Shown here: positions 39,471 through 50,359 of the stretch, piece by piece | How the letters are laid out: each line of letters starts with the position of its first letter | How positions within the stretch are numbered: position 1 is the stretch's first letter | Virus record (IMG/VR): IMGVR_UViG_3300032215_000643 | Location: 1-64,000 of that record | From: a virus | Reading direction: 5' to 3' (one strand) | Length of the DNA stretch: 64,000 nucleotides | Position numbers and translations under genes: made by a program | The notes under the pieces: model-generated | What the model saw: only the letters and a program-made list of their open reading frames with translations | Told to the model about the DNA's origin: nothing | Database searches by the model: none

Positions 39471-40502
39471 ATGAAAAAAGCATTGATAACTGGGGTTACT
39501 GGGCAGGACGGTTCTTATTTAGCGGAACTTCTTCTTAGTAAGGGGTACGATGTTCATGGTATGAAGAGAAGGTCTTCTTCTATTAATACTGAAAGAGTTA
39601 ATCATATTTATGATAACAAGAATTTTAAGTTGCATTATGGAGATTTAACAGATGCAACTAGTACAATGCATTTGATTTCTGATATTCAACCAGATGAAAT
39701 ATATAATCTTGGTGCCCAGAGTCATGTGCAGGTTTCATTTGAGATCCCAGAATATACTGCACAGGTAGATGCTATTGGAACTTTAAGAATTTTAGAGGCA
39801 GTTCGTCTTTTAGGCATGAAAGATAGAACTAGGATTTATCAAGCATCTACTTCAGAATTGTACGGTTTAGTTCAGGAAGTTCCTCAAAAGGAGACTACTC
39901 CTTTTTATCCAAGGTCACCTTATGGTGTCGCAAAATTGTATGGTTTTTGGATTGTAAAAAATTATAGAGAATCTTATGGGCTTCATGCAAGTTCTGGAAT
40001 TTTATTTAATCATGAATCTCCACGTCGTGGTGAGACGTTTGTAACGAGAAAGATCGTAATGGGATTGGCAAATATTTTTGCGGGTAATCAAGAAGTGATA
40101 AGACTTGGTAATTTAAATGCTCGCAGAGATTGGGGCCATGCTAAAGATTTTGTGGAAGCCATGTGGTCGATGTTGCAGCAAGAAGTTCCAGATGATTATG
40201 TTATTGCTACTGGAAAACAGTACTCTATTAAAGAGTTTGTTGAGGCTTGTTCTCCATATTTTAATATGTCAATTGAATGGCGTGGCGAGGGTGTTAATGA
40301 AGTAGGAATTGATACTAATACGGGTAATCTTGTTATTGAAGTTGATTCACAATATTTTAGGCCGTCTGAAGTTGATAGCCTTTTGGGTGATGCAAGTAAG
40401 GCAAGACGTAATCTATCTTGGGAACCTAAAATAACATTTGAAGAATTAGTAAGTGACATGTGTGTGAGTGAATTAAATTTAATAAAAAGGAATAGTAAAT
40501 GA
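39471..40502 (+). CDS. gmd: GDP-mannose 4,6-dehydratase
   Basis: [63 protein letters not shown]. Confidence 0.97.
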   Translation: MKKALITGVTGQDGSYLAELLLSKGYDVHGMKRRSSSINTERVNHIYDNKNFKLHYGDLTDATSTMHLISDIQPDEIYNLGAQSHVQVSFEIPEYTAQVDAIGTLRILEAVRLLGMKDRTRIYQASTSELYGLVQEVPQKETTPFYPRSPYGVAKLYGFWIVKNYRESYGLHASSGILFNHESPRRGETFVTRKIVMGLANIFAGNQEVIRLGNLNARRDWGHAKDFVEAMWSMLQQEVPDDYVIATGKQYSIKEFVEACSPYFNMSIEWRGEGVNEVGIDTNTGNLVIEVDSQYFRPSEVDSLLGDASKARRNLSWEPKITFEELVSDMCVSELNLIKRNSK

Positions 40503-41116
40503 AATCAAAAGAGAAGTTTGTAATTAGTAAGAGTGAAGTTCGTAGTTTTGATCGTTCCCACCTTAACGAATTTGCTTTGTATGAAGGAAATTTTGAAGGT
40601 CAGGGTTTTATTCTGGACCGTGACCCAAGGTATGAAGACCCATATAACTTGTATGGATATCTTTCTCATAAATTTAACAATACGACTATTCTGGATATTG
40701 GTACGCGCAGTGGCAATTCGGCGATTTCCTTTTCTTCCAATCCAAACAACAAGGTAATATCTTTTGATATTAAAGAATGGCCTAGTTTTAAAAATCTAAA
40801 GAAAGATAATATTGAACTCCGACTTGGAGATTTTATGCAAGATACAAGCATCAATTATGAAGAAGTATCCATTATCATGATTGATGTTGATCCTCATGAT
40901 GGGCTACAAGAGCCTCCCATGCTAGAGTTTTTGCGTAACATAGGTTGGAGTGGATTGTTATTACTTGATGATACTGGACCAAACCTGTTCCCTGCTATCT
41001 ACTATATGTGGATGACTATTCCAGAAGAAAAATTTGACCTAACAGATATTGCACATTTTTCAGGAACCGGATTGCTAAATTTTGGGGACAAGTACGACAT
41101 AGAGATAGTAGAATAA
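40499..41116 (+). CDS. Class I SAM-dependent methyltransferase
   Basis: [10 protein letters not shown] motif I, SFD, ID.DPH, LLLDD. Confidence 0.75.
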   Translation: MKSKEKFVISKSEVRSFDRSHLNEFALYEGNFEGQGFILDRDPRYEDPYNLYGYLSHKFNNTTILDIGTRSGNSAISFSSNPNNKVISFDIKEWPSFKNLKKDNIELRLGDFMQDTSINYEEVSIIMIDVDPHDGLQEPPMLEFLRNIGWSGLLLLDDTGPNLFPAIYYMWMTIPEEKFDLTDIAHFSGTGLLNFGDKYDIEIVE

Positions 41117-41940
41117 TGAGAATCCTAGTTCTTGGTTCTGATGGGCAGATAGGTTCGCACCTTGTCAAATATTTAGAAAACCTTAATCATACAGTGGTTC
41201 GTTGGGATAATGCTTCTGAGTTTGAAAAAGATTTACGCATAGTCAATGACAAGTTTGAGGTAGAGGTTTCTGATTCTGATTTTGTTTTCTTTCTCGCCTT
41301 TGATGTTGGTGGCTCAAGGTACCTTTCAAAATACCAGAATACATATAGTTTTTTAAATAATAATATTAAAATAATGGATAATGTGTTCAATGTTTTAAAC
41401 AAAACTAAGAAACCTTTTATATTTTTAAGTAGTCAGATGTCGAATATGATTCATTCTCCTTATGGAATAACTAAATTGGTTGGTGAATCGTATACTAAAA
41501 CTATTGGTGGATTGTCAGTAAGGTTGTGGAATGTTTACGGTTTAGAGAGTGATCCCGAAAAGTTTCATGTGATTACTGATTTTATTAATATGGCTAGAAA
41601 TGATGGGTATATTAAAATGATGACTGATGGAAAAGAATCAAGAGATTTGCTTTATGTAGAAGATTGTTGCGAGGGTCTGGTTAATGTTATGGAAAATTAT
41701 GAAAATATTTCAAGTGAAGAAAACCTTTGCCTAGCGTCATTTGAAAATGTTACGATCAAAGAGGTCGCAGATATTATTGCAGAAAAGTATTCTGTAAATG
41801 TAATTGCTGGTGATAAAATTGATTTAATTCAATTAGATATGAAGAATCAACCCGGTCAAGAAATTTTAAAATACTGGAGTCCTAAGACAGCGTTACGGGA
41901 TGGTATCTATAAAATAGTAGAAGAAATGGAAAATAGATGA
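41116..41940 (+). CDS. NAD-dependent nucleotide-sugar epimerase/dehydratase
   Basis: LGSDGQIG, YGITK (YxxxK), R.WNVYG, RD.LYVED. Confidence 0.88.
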   Translation: MRILVLGSDGQIGSHLVKYLENLNHTVVRWDNASEFEKDLRIVNDKFEVEVSDSDFVFFLAFDVGGSRYLSKYQNTYSFLNNNIKIMDNVFNVLNKTKKPFIFLSSQMSNMIHSPYGITKLVGESYTKTIGGLSVRLWNVYGLESDPEKFHVITDFINMARNDGYIKMMTDGKESRDLLYVEDCCEGLVNVMENYENISSEENLCLASFENVTIKEVADIIAEKYSVNVIAGDKIDLIQLDMKNQPGQEILKYWSPKTALRDGIYKIVEEMENR

Positions 41941-42749
41941 TAAAAGTAGATTTACATTCTGCTGAAATTTTTACTGAAGTTCGTGCTACTTCTTTAAATA
42001 ATTTTAATAAAAATTTTCATTGGGTTCAAGATGGTACGGGTGACATTGAAATGTTTATAGATAGGCATATTCAATTAAAAACTAGTGATTTTCATTCTTT
42101 ATCTAAGCCTTCATACGGATGGCTATTGGAATCAAAAACTATTATTCCCGAAATTTATCAATGGGTGGAGGATTATAAAAGTTATCTTAAGTTAAACTTT
42201 AAAGGAATTTTTACTCATGATGCTGAACTGTCTAAAAAAGATCCAGACTTTTTTCTTTTAACAATGTGTAACGCAGCACCTTGGGTCACTGATAGGAATA
42301 TTCATCCTAAAAGCAAATTGATATCAATGATTAGTTCTGATAAAAGTTTTGCAGAGGGGCATAGGCATAGGTTGTCCTTGGTGGATAAGTATAGGAATGG
42401 GGTAGATCTTTATGGAAGAGGGATTAGAACTTTTAGTCGTAAAGAGGAACCCCTAGTGGATTATATGTTTTCTATTAATATAGAAAATGCTAAGTATGAT
42501 AATTATTTTACAGAAAAACTTACAGACTGTTTTGCCTGCGGAACGGTACCTATTTTTTATGGTTCTGATGCTATAGTTGATGAGATGTTTGATAGTAGGG
42601 GCGTTATTAAACTTACCCATGATTTTTCAATTGATCAAGTATCTAAAGATTTGTATTACGATATGATGCCCTATATTAAAAATAATTTTGAAATCGCTTG
42701 TCAAATTAAAACAGCGGAAGATTACATAGAAGAAAAATATTTTGCATGA
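41937..42749 (+). CDS. Glycosyltransferase family 10 (alpha-1,3/4-fucosyltransferase-like)
   Basis: YMFSINIEN....YFTEKL.DCF..GTVPIFYG signature. Confidence 0.85.
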   Translation: MIKVDLHSAEIFTEVRATSLNNFNKNFHWVQDGTGDIEMFIDRHIQLKTSDFHSLSKPSYGWLLESKTIIPEIYQWVEDYKSYLKLNFKGIFTHDAELSKKDPDFFLLTMCNAAPWVTDRNIHPKSKLISMISSDKSFAEGHRHRLSLVDKYRNGVDLYGRGIRTFSRKEEPLVDYMFSINIENAKYDNYFTEKLTDCFACGTVPIFYGSDAIVDEMFDSRGVIKLTHDFSIDQVSKDLYYDMMPYIKNNFEIACQIKTAEDYIEEKYFA

Positions 42750-44116
42750 TTGAATTAATAATTTTTGACCTAGATGGTGTTCTAGTGGATATTAAAAAGT
42801 TGCATTTTGATGCTTTAAATGAAGCGTTGTCTGAAGTTGACTCTAATTATATTATTAATCATGATGAGCATTTATCTATTTATGATGGGCTTAAGACTAA
42901 AGAAAAATTAAATATGCTTACTAGGAACAAGGGTTTGCCCGAAAAAGATCATGATAAAGTGTGGTCTAGAAAACAGCAATTGACAATGGAAATGCTAGAT
43001 TGTTTAGAGCCTAATGAAGATTTAATTTATGCAATTAAAAAATTAAAAGAGTCTGGATTCAAGGTTGCTTGCTGTTCTAATTCAATCGTGTCTACAATAA
43101 ATAAAGCATTAGAAAAAATTGGTGTAATTGAATATTTTGATAATATTCAGGGAAATGATAATGCAATAAACTCTAAGCCCCATCCTGAATTGTACTGGAG
43201 GGCGATGATTACTTTAAGCGTAATGCCAGAGAAAACTTTAATTGTAGAAGATTCTCCGATTGGCTTGCTTGCAGCAAAGCGGTCTGGTGCCCATTTTATC
43301 AGGGTAAATAATAGTAATGATTTGAAAATAGAAAGATTAGAAAGTGAATTAAATTCTTTAGATAGCAAATTAGAAGTTAATTGGAAAGATCCACGGTTAA
43401 ATGTTGTGATCCCAATGGCTGGTAGTGGAACAAGGTTTCAAAAGGCTGGCTATACTTTCCCTAAACCATTGATTGATGTAAATGGAAAGCCGATGATTCA
43501 GTGGGTAGTAGATAATCTTGGGATAGAAGCAAATTTTATATTTATTGTGCAAAAAACTCATAGAGAAAAGTACAATCTTGATTCTATGCTTAATTTAATT
43601 TCACCTAAATGTAAGATAGTAGAAGTTGATGGGATTACTGATGGGGCTGCTTGCACTACGTTGCTTGCTAAAGAGTATATAAATAATGATGCCCCGATGC
43701 TAATGGCAAATTCAGATCAGTTTTTAGAGTGGGCTTCTTCTGAATTTCTTTATAAGATGTATGAGCAAGGCAATGATGGTGGGATTGTTACTTTTAAGTC
43801 TACTCACCCTAAATGGTCGTTTGCTAAGACAGATGATTTTGGTAAAGTTTTAGAGGTAGCAGAAAAGAATCCTATATCTGATAATGCTACTGCTGGAATT
43901 TATTATTGGAAGCATGGAAGTGATTATGTTAAATACGCTGAGCAGATGATTGCTAAAGAAGTTCGCGTGAATAATGAATTTTATGTGTGTCCAGTTTTTA
44001 ATGAAGCGATAGAAGATGGTAAGGATATTAAAATTTTTAATATTGAAAAGATGTGGGGTCTGGGTACACCAGAAGATTTGAATCATTTTTTGAACAATTA
44101 TGAAAGAAAACATTAA
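42746..44116 (+). CDS. HAD phosphatase fused to sugar-phosphate nucleotidyltransferase
   Basis: FDLDGVL, KPHP and EDS HAD motifs, then IPMAG.G.RF...PKPLI, G..YW, NEFY and GLGTPEDL. Confidence 0.88.
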   Translation: MIELIIFDLDGVLVDIKKLHFDALNEALSEVDSNYIINHDEHLSIYDGLKTKEKLNMLTRNKGLPEKDHDKVWSRKQQLTMEMLDCLEPNEDLIYAIKKLKESGFKVACCSNSIVSTINKALEKIGVIEYFDNIQGNDNAINSKPHPELYWRAMITLSVMPEKTLIVEDSPIGLLAAKRSGAHFIRVNNSNDLKIERLESELNSLDSKLEVNWKDPRLNVVIPMAGSGTRFQKAGYTFPKPLIDVNGKPMIQWVVDNLGIEANFIFIVQKTHREKYNLDSMLNLISPKCKIVEVDGITDGAACTTLLAKEYINNDAPMLMANSDQFLEWASSEFLYKMYEQGNDGGIVTFKSTHPKWSFAKTDDFGKVLEVAEKNPISDNATAGIYYWKHGSDYVKYAEQMIAKEVRVNNEFYVCPVFNEAIEDGKDIKIFNIEKMWGLGTPEDLNHFLNNYERKH

Positions 44117-44946
44117 TGAAGAAGTCCTGTTTTGTTTGTCCTGTTCACCCTCCTAAATATCATTTTGCTGAGCAACTTGTTCAAAGTTATAATAATTTTT
44201 ATGAAGATTCAGATTTATTTTTGGTATTTTCAAATGTTGAGGAAAGACTGTTATTTGAAGAATTAACATTAAATAAGAATTTAAATTATAAGAGCATAAT
44301 TTTTTCAGAAACTTTAAGTGATTATCCTATTACACAAAAAAAGTTCTTTGGGCTTCAGTATGTGTTTGAGAATACGGATTTTGAAAAAGTTGGCGTGATA
44401 GATTGTGATTCAGTATTTATTAAAACTGTTGATTATGATTTCCTGTTTGATGAGTTTTATGAAAAGAAAAAGATTTATGGCACAACGCTTACAGAACATG
44501 GTGGTGTTTTGCCACCGGGAGCAATTAGAACAATAACTTCATCACCTCTTCCTCTTTTTAGTGAAGAAGATCAGAACGATATAATTTTAAAAACAAACAA
44601 TCTGAGTTTGTATTTTTGGTTTAATAATATTCCAATATATGAAAAAACTAATTTTAAAAATTTTATTGAGTATATTGATTATGATGGGAGTAAATTAAAT
44701 CCTGTAGGTTTGGATTTTGATTTTATTGTATATTGTTATTTCTTAATGATAAAAGATCTTATTGTTTTAGAGGATATGAATTTTGAAATAGAGTTGGGTT
44801 TTTTGGAAGAGCAAAAAAATATTCCTGTTGAAATTTTTGTGCCGTTGTTTCAAAAGATCGAACCGTTTTGGCTAACAAAACCTGAGTATCTTCCAGAAGA
44901 GATGTTAAAAAATGTTTTTATTAAATTTCATGTGGATCGTTTGTAG
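44116..44946 (+). CDS. Putative GT-A-type glycosyltransferase
   Basis: KKF.GL...VIDCDSVF (DxD) and glycan-cluster context. Confidence 0.45.
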   Translation: MKKSCFVCPVHPPKYHFAEQLVQSYNNFYEDSDLFLVFSNVEERLLFEELTLNKNLNYKSIIFSETLSDYPITQKKFFGLQYVFENTDFEKVGVIDCDSVFIKTVDYDFLFDEFYEKKKIYGTTLTEHGGVLPPGAIRTITSSPLPLFSEEDQNDIILKTNNLSLYFWFNNIPIYEKTNFKNFIEYIDYDGSKLNPVGLDFDFIVYCYFLMIKDLIVLEDMNFEIELGFLEEQKNIPVEIFVPLFQKIEPFWLTKPEYLPEEMLKNVFIKFHVDRL

Positions 44947-44951
44947 GTTAT

Positions 44952-45398
44952 GTGATTAAAATAATATGTCATCGTGGAAATATTGATGGTCCTGATCATT
45001 TAAAAGAAAATGATCCATCCTTTATTCAATCTGCATTGGACTTGGGTTTTGATGTAGAAGTAGATGTTTGGCTGATGGATGAAAAGTATTACCTTGGTCA
45101 TGATGAGCCGCAGTACGAGACTTCTTTGTTATGGTTAGAAGATCGTAGTGACAAATTGTGGATACATTGTAAGAATTTTGAAGCATTAAAGTCTTTTAGT
45201 TTAAATAATAATTTAAATTATTTCTGGCATCAAGAGGACAAGTTTACTTTGACATCTAAAAGATTTATTTGGACTTATCCAAATAACGAATTGGGTCAAA
45301 GTTCGGTGTGCGTATTGCCAGAAAAGGGATTTATTGGTACACTAGATAAGTGTCACGCTGTTTGCACCGATTATCCTATGAGGTATAGTGGATTTTAG
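44952..45398 (+). CDS. GDPD-like (PLC-like) phosphodiesterase
   Basis: ICHRGN..G...EN, GFDVEVDVW, LGHD.P, WIHCKN, CTDYP. Confidence 0.8.
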   Translation: MIKIICHRGNIDGPDHLKENDPSFIQSALDLGFDVEVDVWLMDEKYYLGHDEPQYETSLLWLEDRSDKLWIHCKNFEALKSFSLNNNLNYFWHQEDKFTLTSKRFIWTYPNNELGQSSVCVLPEKGFIGTLDKCHAVCTDYPMRYSGF

Positions 45399-46101
45399 TT
45401 TTGGAATCATAACCGATGGTTCTTCTGATCACAATATAAGTTTGATGATCGATAGTATTGAAAGAATGAATATTCCCAATTATGAAATAATTATAATTGG
45501 GAACTCTGCTATCTCAAGGAAGAATACTACAGTAGTCCCCTTCGCGGAAGAAGTTTTACAAATGTGGATTACTCATAAAAAGAATCTAATAACAAAAAAT
45601 GCTAAGTATGAGAATATAGTTTATTTACATGACTATATAATTTTTAATGAATATTGGTATCAAGGGTTTTTAATTCATGGAAATGATTTTAATGTCTGTA
45701 TGACAAAGATAATCAATTTAGATGGTAGTCGTTTTAGAGATTGGGTTCTTTGGCCTCATAATAATAATGACATGGACGCTCTTACTCATCCATCACTTCA
45801 ATGTTTAATCCCATATGAAGTTAGAAATCTTTCAAAATACATGTATATTTCTGGTTCTTATTGGGTTGCAAAAAAGACACTCATGGAAGAATTCCCTTTG
45901 GATGAGAGCCTTGTCTGGGGTCAGGGGGAAGATGTTGAATGGTCGTTTCGGGTTAGAGATAAGTTTGATTTTTCTATGAATGAATTGTCTAGTGTCCATT
46001 TGCTGAAGTATAAGCCAGCAGTATTTTATCCTCCAGATGAGAATACGCTTGAGTTGTTAAAGAAATTTGGTAATGATACAGAAGAATTGGAAGTTTTATG
46101 A
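45388..46101 (+). CDS. Glycosyltransferase, GT2-like
   Basis: FGIIT, YEIIIIG, KKN.....KYE.IVYLHDY, GEDVEWS.R. Confidence 0.75.
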   Translation: MDFSFGIITDGSSDHNISLMIDSIERMNIPNYEIIIIGNSAISRKNTTVVPFAEEVLQMWITHKKNLITKNAKYENIVYLHDYIIFNEYWYQGFLIHGNDFNVCMTKIINLDGSRFRDWVLWPHNNNDMDALTHPSLQCLIPYEVRNLSKYMYISGSYWVAKKTLMEEFPLDESLVWGQGEDVEWSFRVRDKFDFSMNELSSVHLLKYKPAVFYPPDENTLELLKKFGNDTEELEVL

Positions 46102-46739
46102 TACATTGCATAGGAGATAGTCATTCCGCATTTTTTAGTGGTGTGGAAGATATGCAACCACAGTGGCCCAGTATTGCATCGAATGCTTTGCCTTGGTTTA
46201 AGAGTTACAGAATTGGCCCTGCGACAGCATATAATTTAGACAGTAAGCGGGATCTGATAGAGTCTATTTACTTTTCTGGTCTAGTTGCAGAGAACGATTC
46301 TGTAATGTTTTGTTTTGGTGAAGTTGATTGTCGCGCACATATAATAAAGCAGGCTGCCTTGCAGGGCCGGGGGTTCCATTCGGTTGTAGAAGAATGTGTT
46401 AACCGTTACATACGTTCTATTGAATATTACGAGAACTATGGTAGAAAAATTTTGGTTTGGGGTCCAATCGCTTCTTGGAATGATAGTAAACCTTACACTG
46501 GTCCATCTTATGGGACAAATTTAGAAAGAAATCAAGTTTCAAAAATGTTTAATGAAATTCTAAGTAAAGAATGTGAACAACGCGGTTACACGTTTGTTTC
46601 TATCTTTGAGAAAATGTTGAATGAAGATTCGACAACTAATACTTTATATCTAGACAATTGGGAAGGTTCTCATATGCATCTTTCTCAAACAGCCATGCCG
46701 ATGACGTTGGAAGTTTTTACAGAAAAGGGAATTATATGA
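46098..46739 (+). CDS. SGNH/GDSL-like hydrolase or acyltransferase
   Basis: IGDSH block I, GEVDCR, C-terminal D..H-type His. Confidence 0.7.
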   Translation: MIHCIGDSHSAFFSGVEDMQPQWPSIASNALPWFKSYRIGPATAYNLDSKRDLIESIYFSGLVAENDSVMFCFGEVDCRAHIIKQAALQGRGFHSVVEECVNRYIRSIEYYENYGRKILVWGPIASWNDSKPYTGPSYGTNLERNQVSKMFNEILSKECEQRGYTFVSIFEKMLNEDSTTNTLYLDNWEGSHMHLSQTAMPMTLEVFTEKGII

Positions 46740-47500
46740 ATTGGGATATAGAAAAACAATATGCTACAAATTATTTAACGTCATGTCTGATTGCAGCCTT
46801 AGATGATCAAACTTTTAATAATTTTAAAAAAGATCCATACTATCAGGGAATTTTAGAACATATATCTTATCAAGAGTCTTTATGGTATTTGGATAATCTA
46901 TTAGATGAAAATTTGATGTTGAATAATCTGGCAAAATTAAGAGAAAATGATAATTTTTGTAATGCAGAAATTTTGGATTATGAAAATATTGGAAAATTTT
47001 CTCCTTCTACTATAAGATATATAAAACAGTCTGTAGACATTGCTGTATTTTTTAAGGATAAGAATATTCGCAAAGTTTTTGAAATTGGTGGGGGGTACGG
47101 CGGTTTGTGTAAGACGTTGAATGTGTTTATAGATTTTGATGCTTATGTAATCGCAGATTTTGATAATTGTAATAAATTGTCTTCTAGGTATTTGAACTTG
47201 TTTAAAGAATTTGATAATAAAATTTTTTATCAAGATTGCGAGAATCTTAAAGAAGAAAATGATATTGATTTATTGATTAGTAATTATGCTGTTTCGGAAC
47301 TTGACTGGGATGGTCAATTGGAATATTATGAAAAAATTATTAAAAATTCAACAAATTTTTATATAACATATAATTTTATTAATAATTCAAGTAGCCCTTA
47401 TGAAAAATTTATTGAATTATGCAGCAAAGATTTTGATGTTGAAATTAAAGATGACAACCTTTTTTCAAACAGGGTCTTATTTGGCGTTAAGCGGGGATAA
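46736..47500 (+). CDS. Putative sugar O-methyltransferase
   Basis: Start revised to ATG 46736; RY, EIGGGYGG, DLLISNYAVSEL....Q..Y. Confidence 0.78.
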   Translation: MNWDIEKQYATNYLTSCLIAALDDQTFNNFKKDPYYQGILEHISYQESLWYLDNLLDENLMLNNLAKLRENDNFCNAEILDYENIGKFSPSTIRYIKQSVDIAVFFKDKNIRKVFEIGGGYGGLCKTLNVFIDFDAYVIADFDNCNKLSSRYLNLFKEFDNKIFYQDCENLKEENDIDLLISNYAVSELDWDGQLEYYEKIIKNSTNFYITYNFINNSSSPYEKFIELCSKDFDVEIKDDNLFSNRVLFGVKRG

Positions 47501-47505
47501 TCAGT

Positions 47506-48438
47506 ATGAATATTGATAGTTTAATTTATGTTGCTGGTCATAGAGGTTTAGTTGGCTCAGCCCTTGTTCGTCGTTTGAAAGAGCAGGGGTATACAAATAT
47601 TATTACTATGACTAGAAACGAGTTAGACTTGACTGATTCTGTTGCGACAGCAGAATTTTTTGCTAGTCATCGTCCCGAATATGTTTTTGACGCGGCAGCA
47701 AAAGTTGGGGGCATTTATGCCAACGATAATTATTCTGCAGAATTTATAAATGAAAATCTTTCTATTCAAACAAACTTAATTCATAATTCATGGAAGTATA
47801 GTGTCAAGAAATTTCTTTTTATGGGTTCTGTCTGTATTTATCCAAAATATGCTGAGTGCCCAGTTAAAGAAGATTCTCTTCTTACTGGAAAGTTGGAACC
47901 TACCAATGAGGCTTATGCAATTGCAAAAATAGCAGGAATTAAGATGTGTGAAGCCTATAATAAACAATATGGTTTTCAATGTTTATCTGTAATGCCATCC
48001 AATCTTTATGGACCTAACGACAAGTTTGATCCAGCCAACGGTCATGTTATTCCAGCAATGATAGTGAAGTTTCTATCAAGTACCGATCAGGTCACTTTTT
48101 GGGGTGACGGAAGCCCATATAGAGAATTTTTACATTCCGATGATATGGCAGACGCTTGCATTGTTTTGATGAACAGTTTAGAAACTGGTAATGCTGAGTT
48201 AATTAATATTGGTTCAGGAGACAATATTTCTATAAAAGATTTAGCAGAAAAAATATCTAAAGTTATTGGATACTCTGGTGAAATTAATTGGGATACGGTT
48301 AGACCCAATGGGACACCGATGAGGCCACTTGATTTTTCTAAAATAAAGAAACTAGGCTGGGAGCCAAAAGTTTCTTTAGATGAGGGGTTGAAGGAAACGG
48401 TGACTTGGTATAGAATGAACGAGGATGGTGTCAGGTGA
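47506..48438 (+). CDS. fcl: GDP-L-fucose synthase
   Basis: VAGHRGLVGSA, AAKVGGI, GSVCIYP, LEPTNEAYAIAK, P.NLYGPND.F, WGDGSP.REFLH.DD.A. Confidence 0.96.
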   Translation: MNIDSLIYVAGHRGLVGSALVRRLKEQGYTNIITMTRNELDLTDSVATAEFFASHRPEYVFDAAAKVGGIYANDNYSAEFINENLSIQTNLIHNSWKYSVKKFLFMGSVCIYPKYAECPVKEDSLLTGKLEPTNEAYAIAKIAGIKMCEAYNKQYGFQCLSVMPSNLYGPNDKFDPANGHVIPAMIVKFLSSTDQVTFWGDGSPYREFLHSDDMADACIVLMNSLETGNAELINIGSGDNISIKDLAEKISKVIGYSGEINWDTVRPNGTPMRPLDFSKIKKLGWEPKVSLDEGLKETVTWYRMNEDGVR

Positions 48439-49184
48439 TTAGTTTTAATAGTTTGGGTAGTCTTGGTCGTCTAGGAAATCAAATGTTTCAGTACGCCTCC
48501 TTAAAGGGCATTGCTAGGAATAGAGGGTTTGAGTTTTCTATTCCTTGGAGTCCATTCTTAGATCCTTGGCGTGACCATCAACTTTCTAATGTTTTTAAAT
48601 TACAAGATAATTTAATTTTAAATTCTCCAGAACAACCTTATACTGCTGAAGAAAAGTTTTTTGGTTTTGATTATGATTTGTTTAACTATGTTGAAGATAA
48701 TTCGGATCTTGTTGGCTATTTTCAAACAGAAAGATATTTTTCTCATATAAAGGATGAGATTTTAGAAGATTTTTCTTTTAAAGAAAAGTTTGATGATGTG
48801 GTTTCAGATTATTTTACAGTTATTCATGTGAGAAGGACAGACTATCTGGCTTTTAGCAATCATCATCCCACTTGCTCTTTAGATTATTACAAGGAAGCGA
48901 TGGACATTACTGGTGGACCTTTTCTTGTAGTCTCAGATGATATTGAATGGTGTCAAAAAAATATTACTGCTGATGAGTATTCTAAATCTTCCAATGTTAA
49001 AGATTTATATTTGATGAGTAAAGCAAAAAATAATATAATTGCTAATAGTTCTTTCAGTTGGTGGGGGGCATGGCTTAATCAAAACCCTAATAAAAAAGTT
49101 ATTGCTCCAAATAAATGGTTTGGTCCTGCTTATGATCATTATAATTTGGAAGATCTTATCCCAAAGGAATGGATTAAACTGTAA
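48435..49184 (+). CDS. Glycosyltransferase family 11 (alpha-1,2-fucosyltransferase-like)
   Basis: GRLGNQMFQYA, GYFQ, IHVRRTDY, SDD, IIANSSFSWWGAWL. Confidence 0.92.
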   Translation: MISFNSLGSLGRLGNQMFQYASLKGIARNRGFEFSIPWSPFLDPWRDHQLSNVFKLQDNLILNSPEQPYTAEEKFFGFDYDLFNYVEDNSDLVGYFQTERYFSHIKDEILEDFSFKEKFDDVVSDYFTVIHVRRTDYLAFSNHHPTCSLDYYKEAMDITGGPFLVVSDDIEWCQKNITADEYSKSSNVKDLYLMSKAKNNIIANSSFSWWGAWLNQNPNKKVIAPNKWFGPAYDHYNLEDLIPKEWIKL

Positions 49185-49795
49185 TGATAAATAGTATTGT
49201 TGAGAAAGCATATTGTATTTCTTTAGAAAGAAGGCCCGACCGATGGGTCGCAGCAGAAGAACAGTTTAAAAATAATGGTATGGTTGTTGAAAAATTTTTA
49301 GCAACAGATGGGGCTTTGCTAGAGCCAAACCCAGCCTTACACAGCGGGGAAGCAGGATGCTTAGACTCGCATAGAAGAGTCTTAAAGGACGCAATAGATA
49401 ATGATTTAGAGTGCATCGCAGTGTTTGAAGATGATGTGTATTTTGTTGAAAACTTTGCTTCGCGGTTTGATGAATATTTTCGTGAAGTTCCCTCAGATTG
49501 GCAATTCTTATACTTAAGTTTTAATCGTCATTCTGGTCAGACTATGAGGGTTACAGATAGGGTTGTTAGAATTTCTAATGCTTATTCAGCACATGCATTG
49601 TTTTTAAAACGAGATGCGATAAACTATTCTTATAACTTAATGTTAAATGATTCATTGCCTTCAGATGTGTACTTTGGAATGGCTCAGTATGCGTATCCAG
49701 CATATGGGCCTTCTAGAATGCTTGCAGGTCAAAGAACTGGTTTTTCAGATATTGTTCAGCAAGATGTTAATTACGATTGGATTTATGGATTATGA
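49184..49795 (+). CDS. Glycosyltransferase family 25
   Basis: YCISL.RR.DR, A.DG, GE.GC..SH, VFEDD. Confidence 0.88.
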   Translation: MINSIVEKAYCISLERRPDRWVAAEEQFKNNGMVVEKFLATDGALLEPNPALHSGEAGCLDSHRRVLKDAIDNDLECIAVFEDDVYFVENFASRFDEYFREVPSDWQFLYLSFNRHSGQTMRVTDRVVRISNAYSAHALFLKRDAINYSYNLMLNDSLPSDVYFGMAQYAYPAYGPSRMLAGQRTGFSDIVQQDVNYDWIYGL

Positions 49796-50355
49796 TTTCT
49801 ACAGATACTTTAAGAAATATTTTTAACGATAGTGGTAGTGATAAGTCTAGTTCTCATAATTATGAGGTTGCTTATTCTCAAATTTTGCCGGAAAAAATTG
49901 ATTCAATGTTAGAAGTTGGAATTTCTAATGGTCATGACGGTAAAAGTTCTTTGTGGGCTTGGAGTGTGCTTTATCCAGATGCAAAAATTTATGGCGCGGA
50001 TAATGATATTGTTAAACTTATAAATGATAATAATATTGAAAGTTATAGGTTAGATCAATCTGACGTTCTTCAGTTGTTTGAATTTTCTAAGTTATTTGAA
50101 AAAAAATTAGATGTTATTGTTGATGACGGAAGTCACGTTTTTAAACATGCTTTTCTAACTTATCAATTTCTTTTTCATCTTACAGATCTATATATTATTG
50201 AAGATATTGCAAAGAATTATAATGGGTGGCAGCAGACAGTTGCTGATTGGAAAAATGAATTAGATGGTCAAGAAAATATTCTGTATGGAGTAATTGACAC
50301 TCTCCCTGAAGAAAAAATGGATGACAGTGTTGTTATTTGGATAAAAAGGAAATAA
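49792..50355 (+). CDS. Sugar O-methyltransferase (MycE-like class I)
   Basis: Start revised to ATG 49792; SDK...H.Y...Y, LEVGI, SL.AW, DQSD, IVDDGSH, YIIED. Confidence 0.8.
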   Translation: MISTDTLRNIFNDSGSDKSSSHNYEVAYSQILPEKIDSMLEVGISNGHDGKSSLWAWSVLYPDAKIYGADNDIVKLINDNNIESYRLDQSDVLQLFEFSKLFEKKLDVIVDDGSHVFKHAFLTYQFLFHLTDLYIIEDIAKNYNGWQQTVADWKNELDGQENILYGVIDTLPEEKMDDSVVIWIKRK

Positions 50356-50359
50356 TTTA

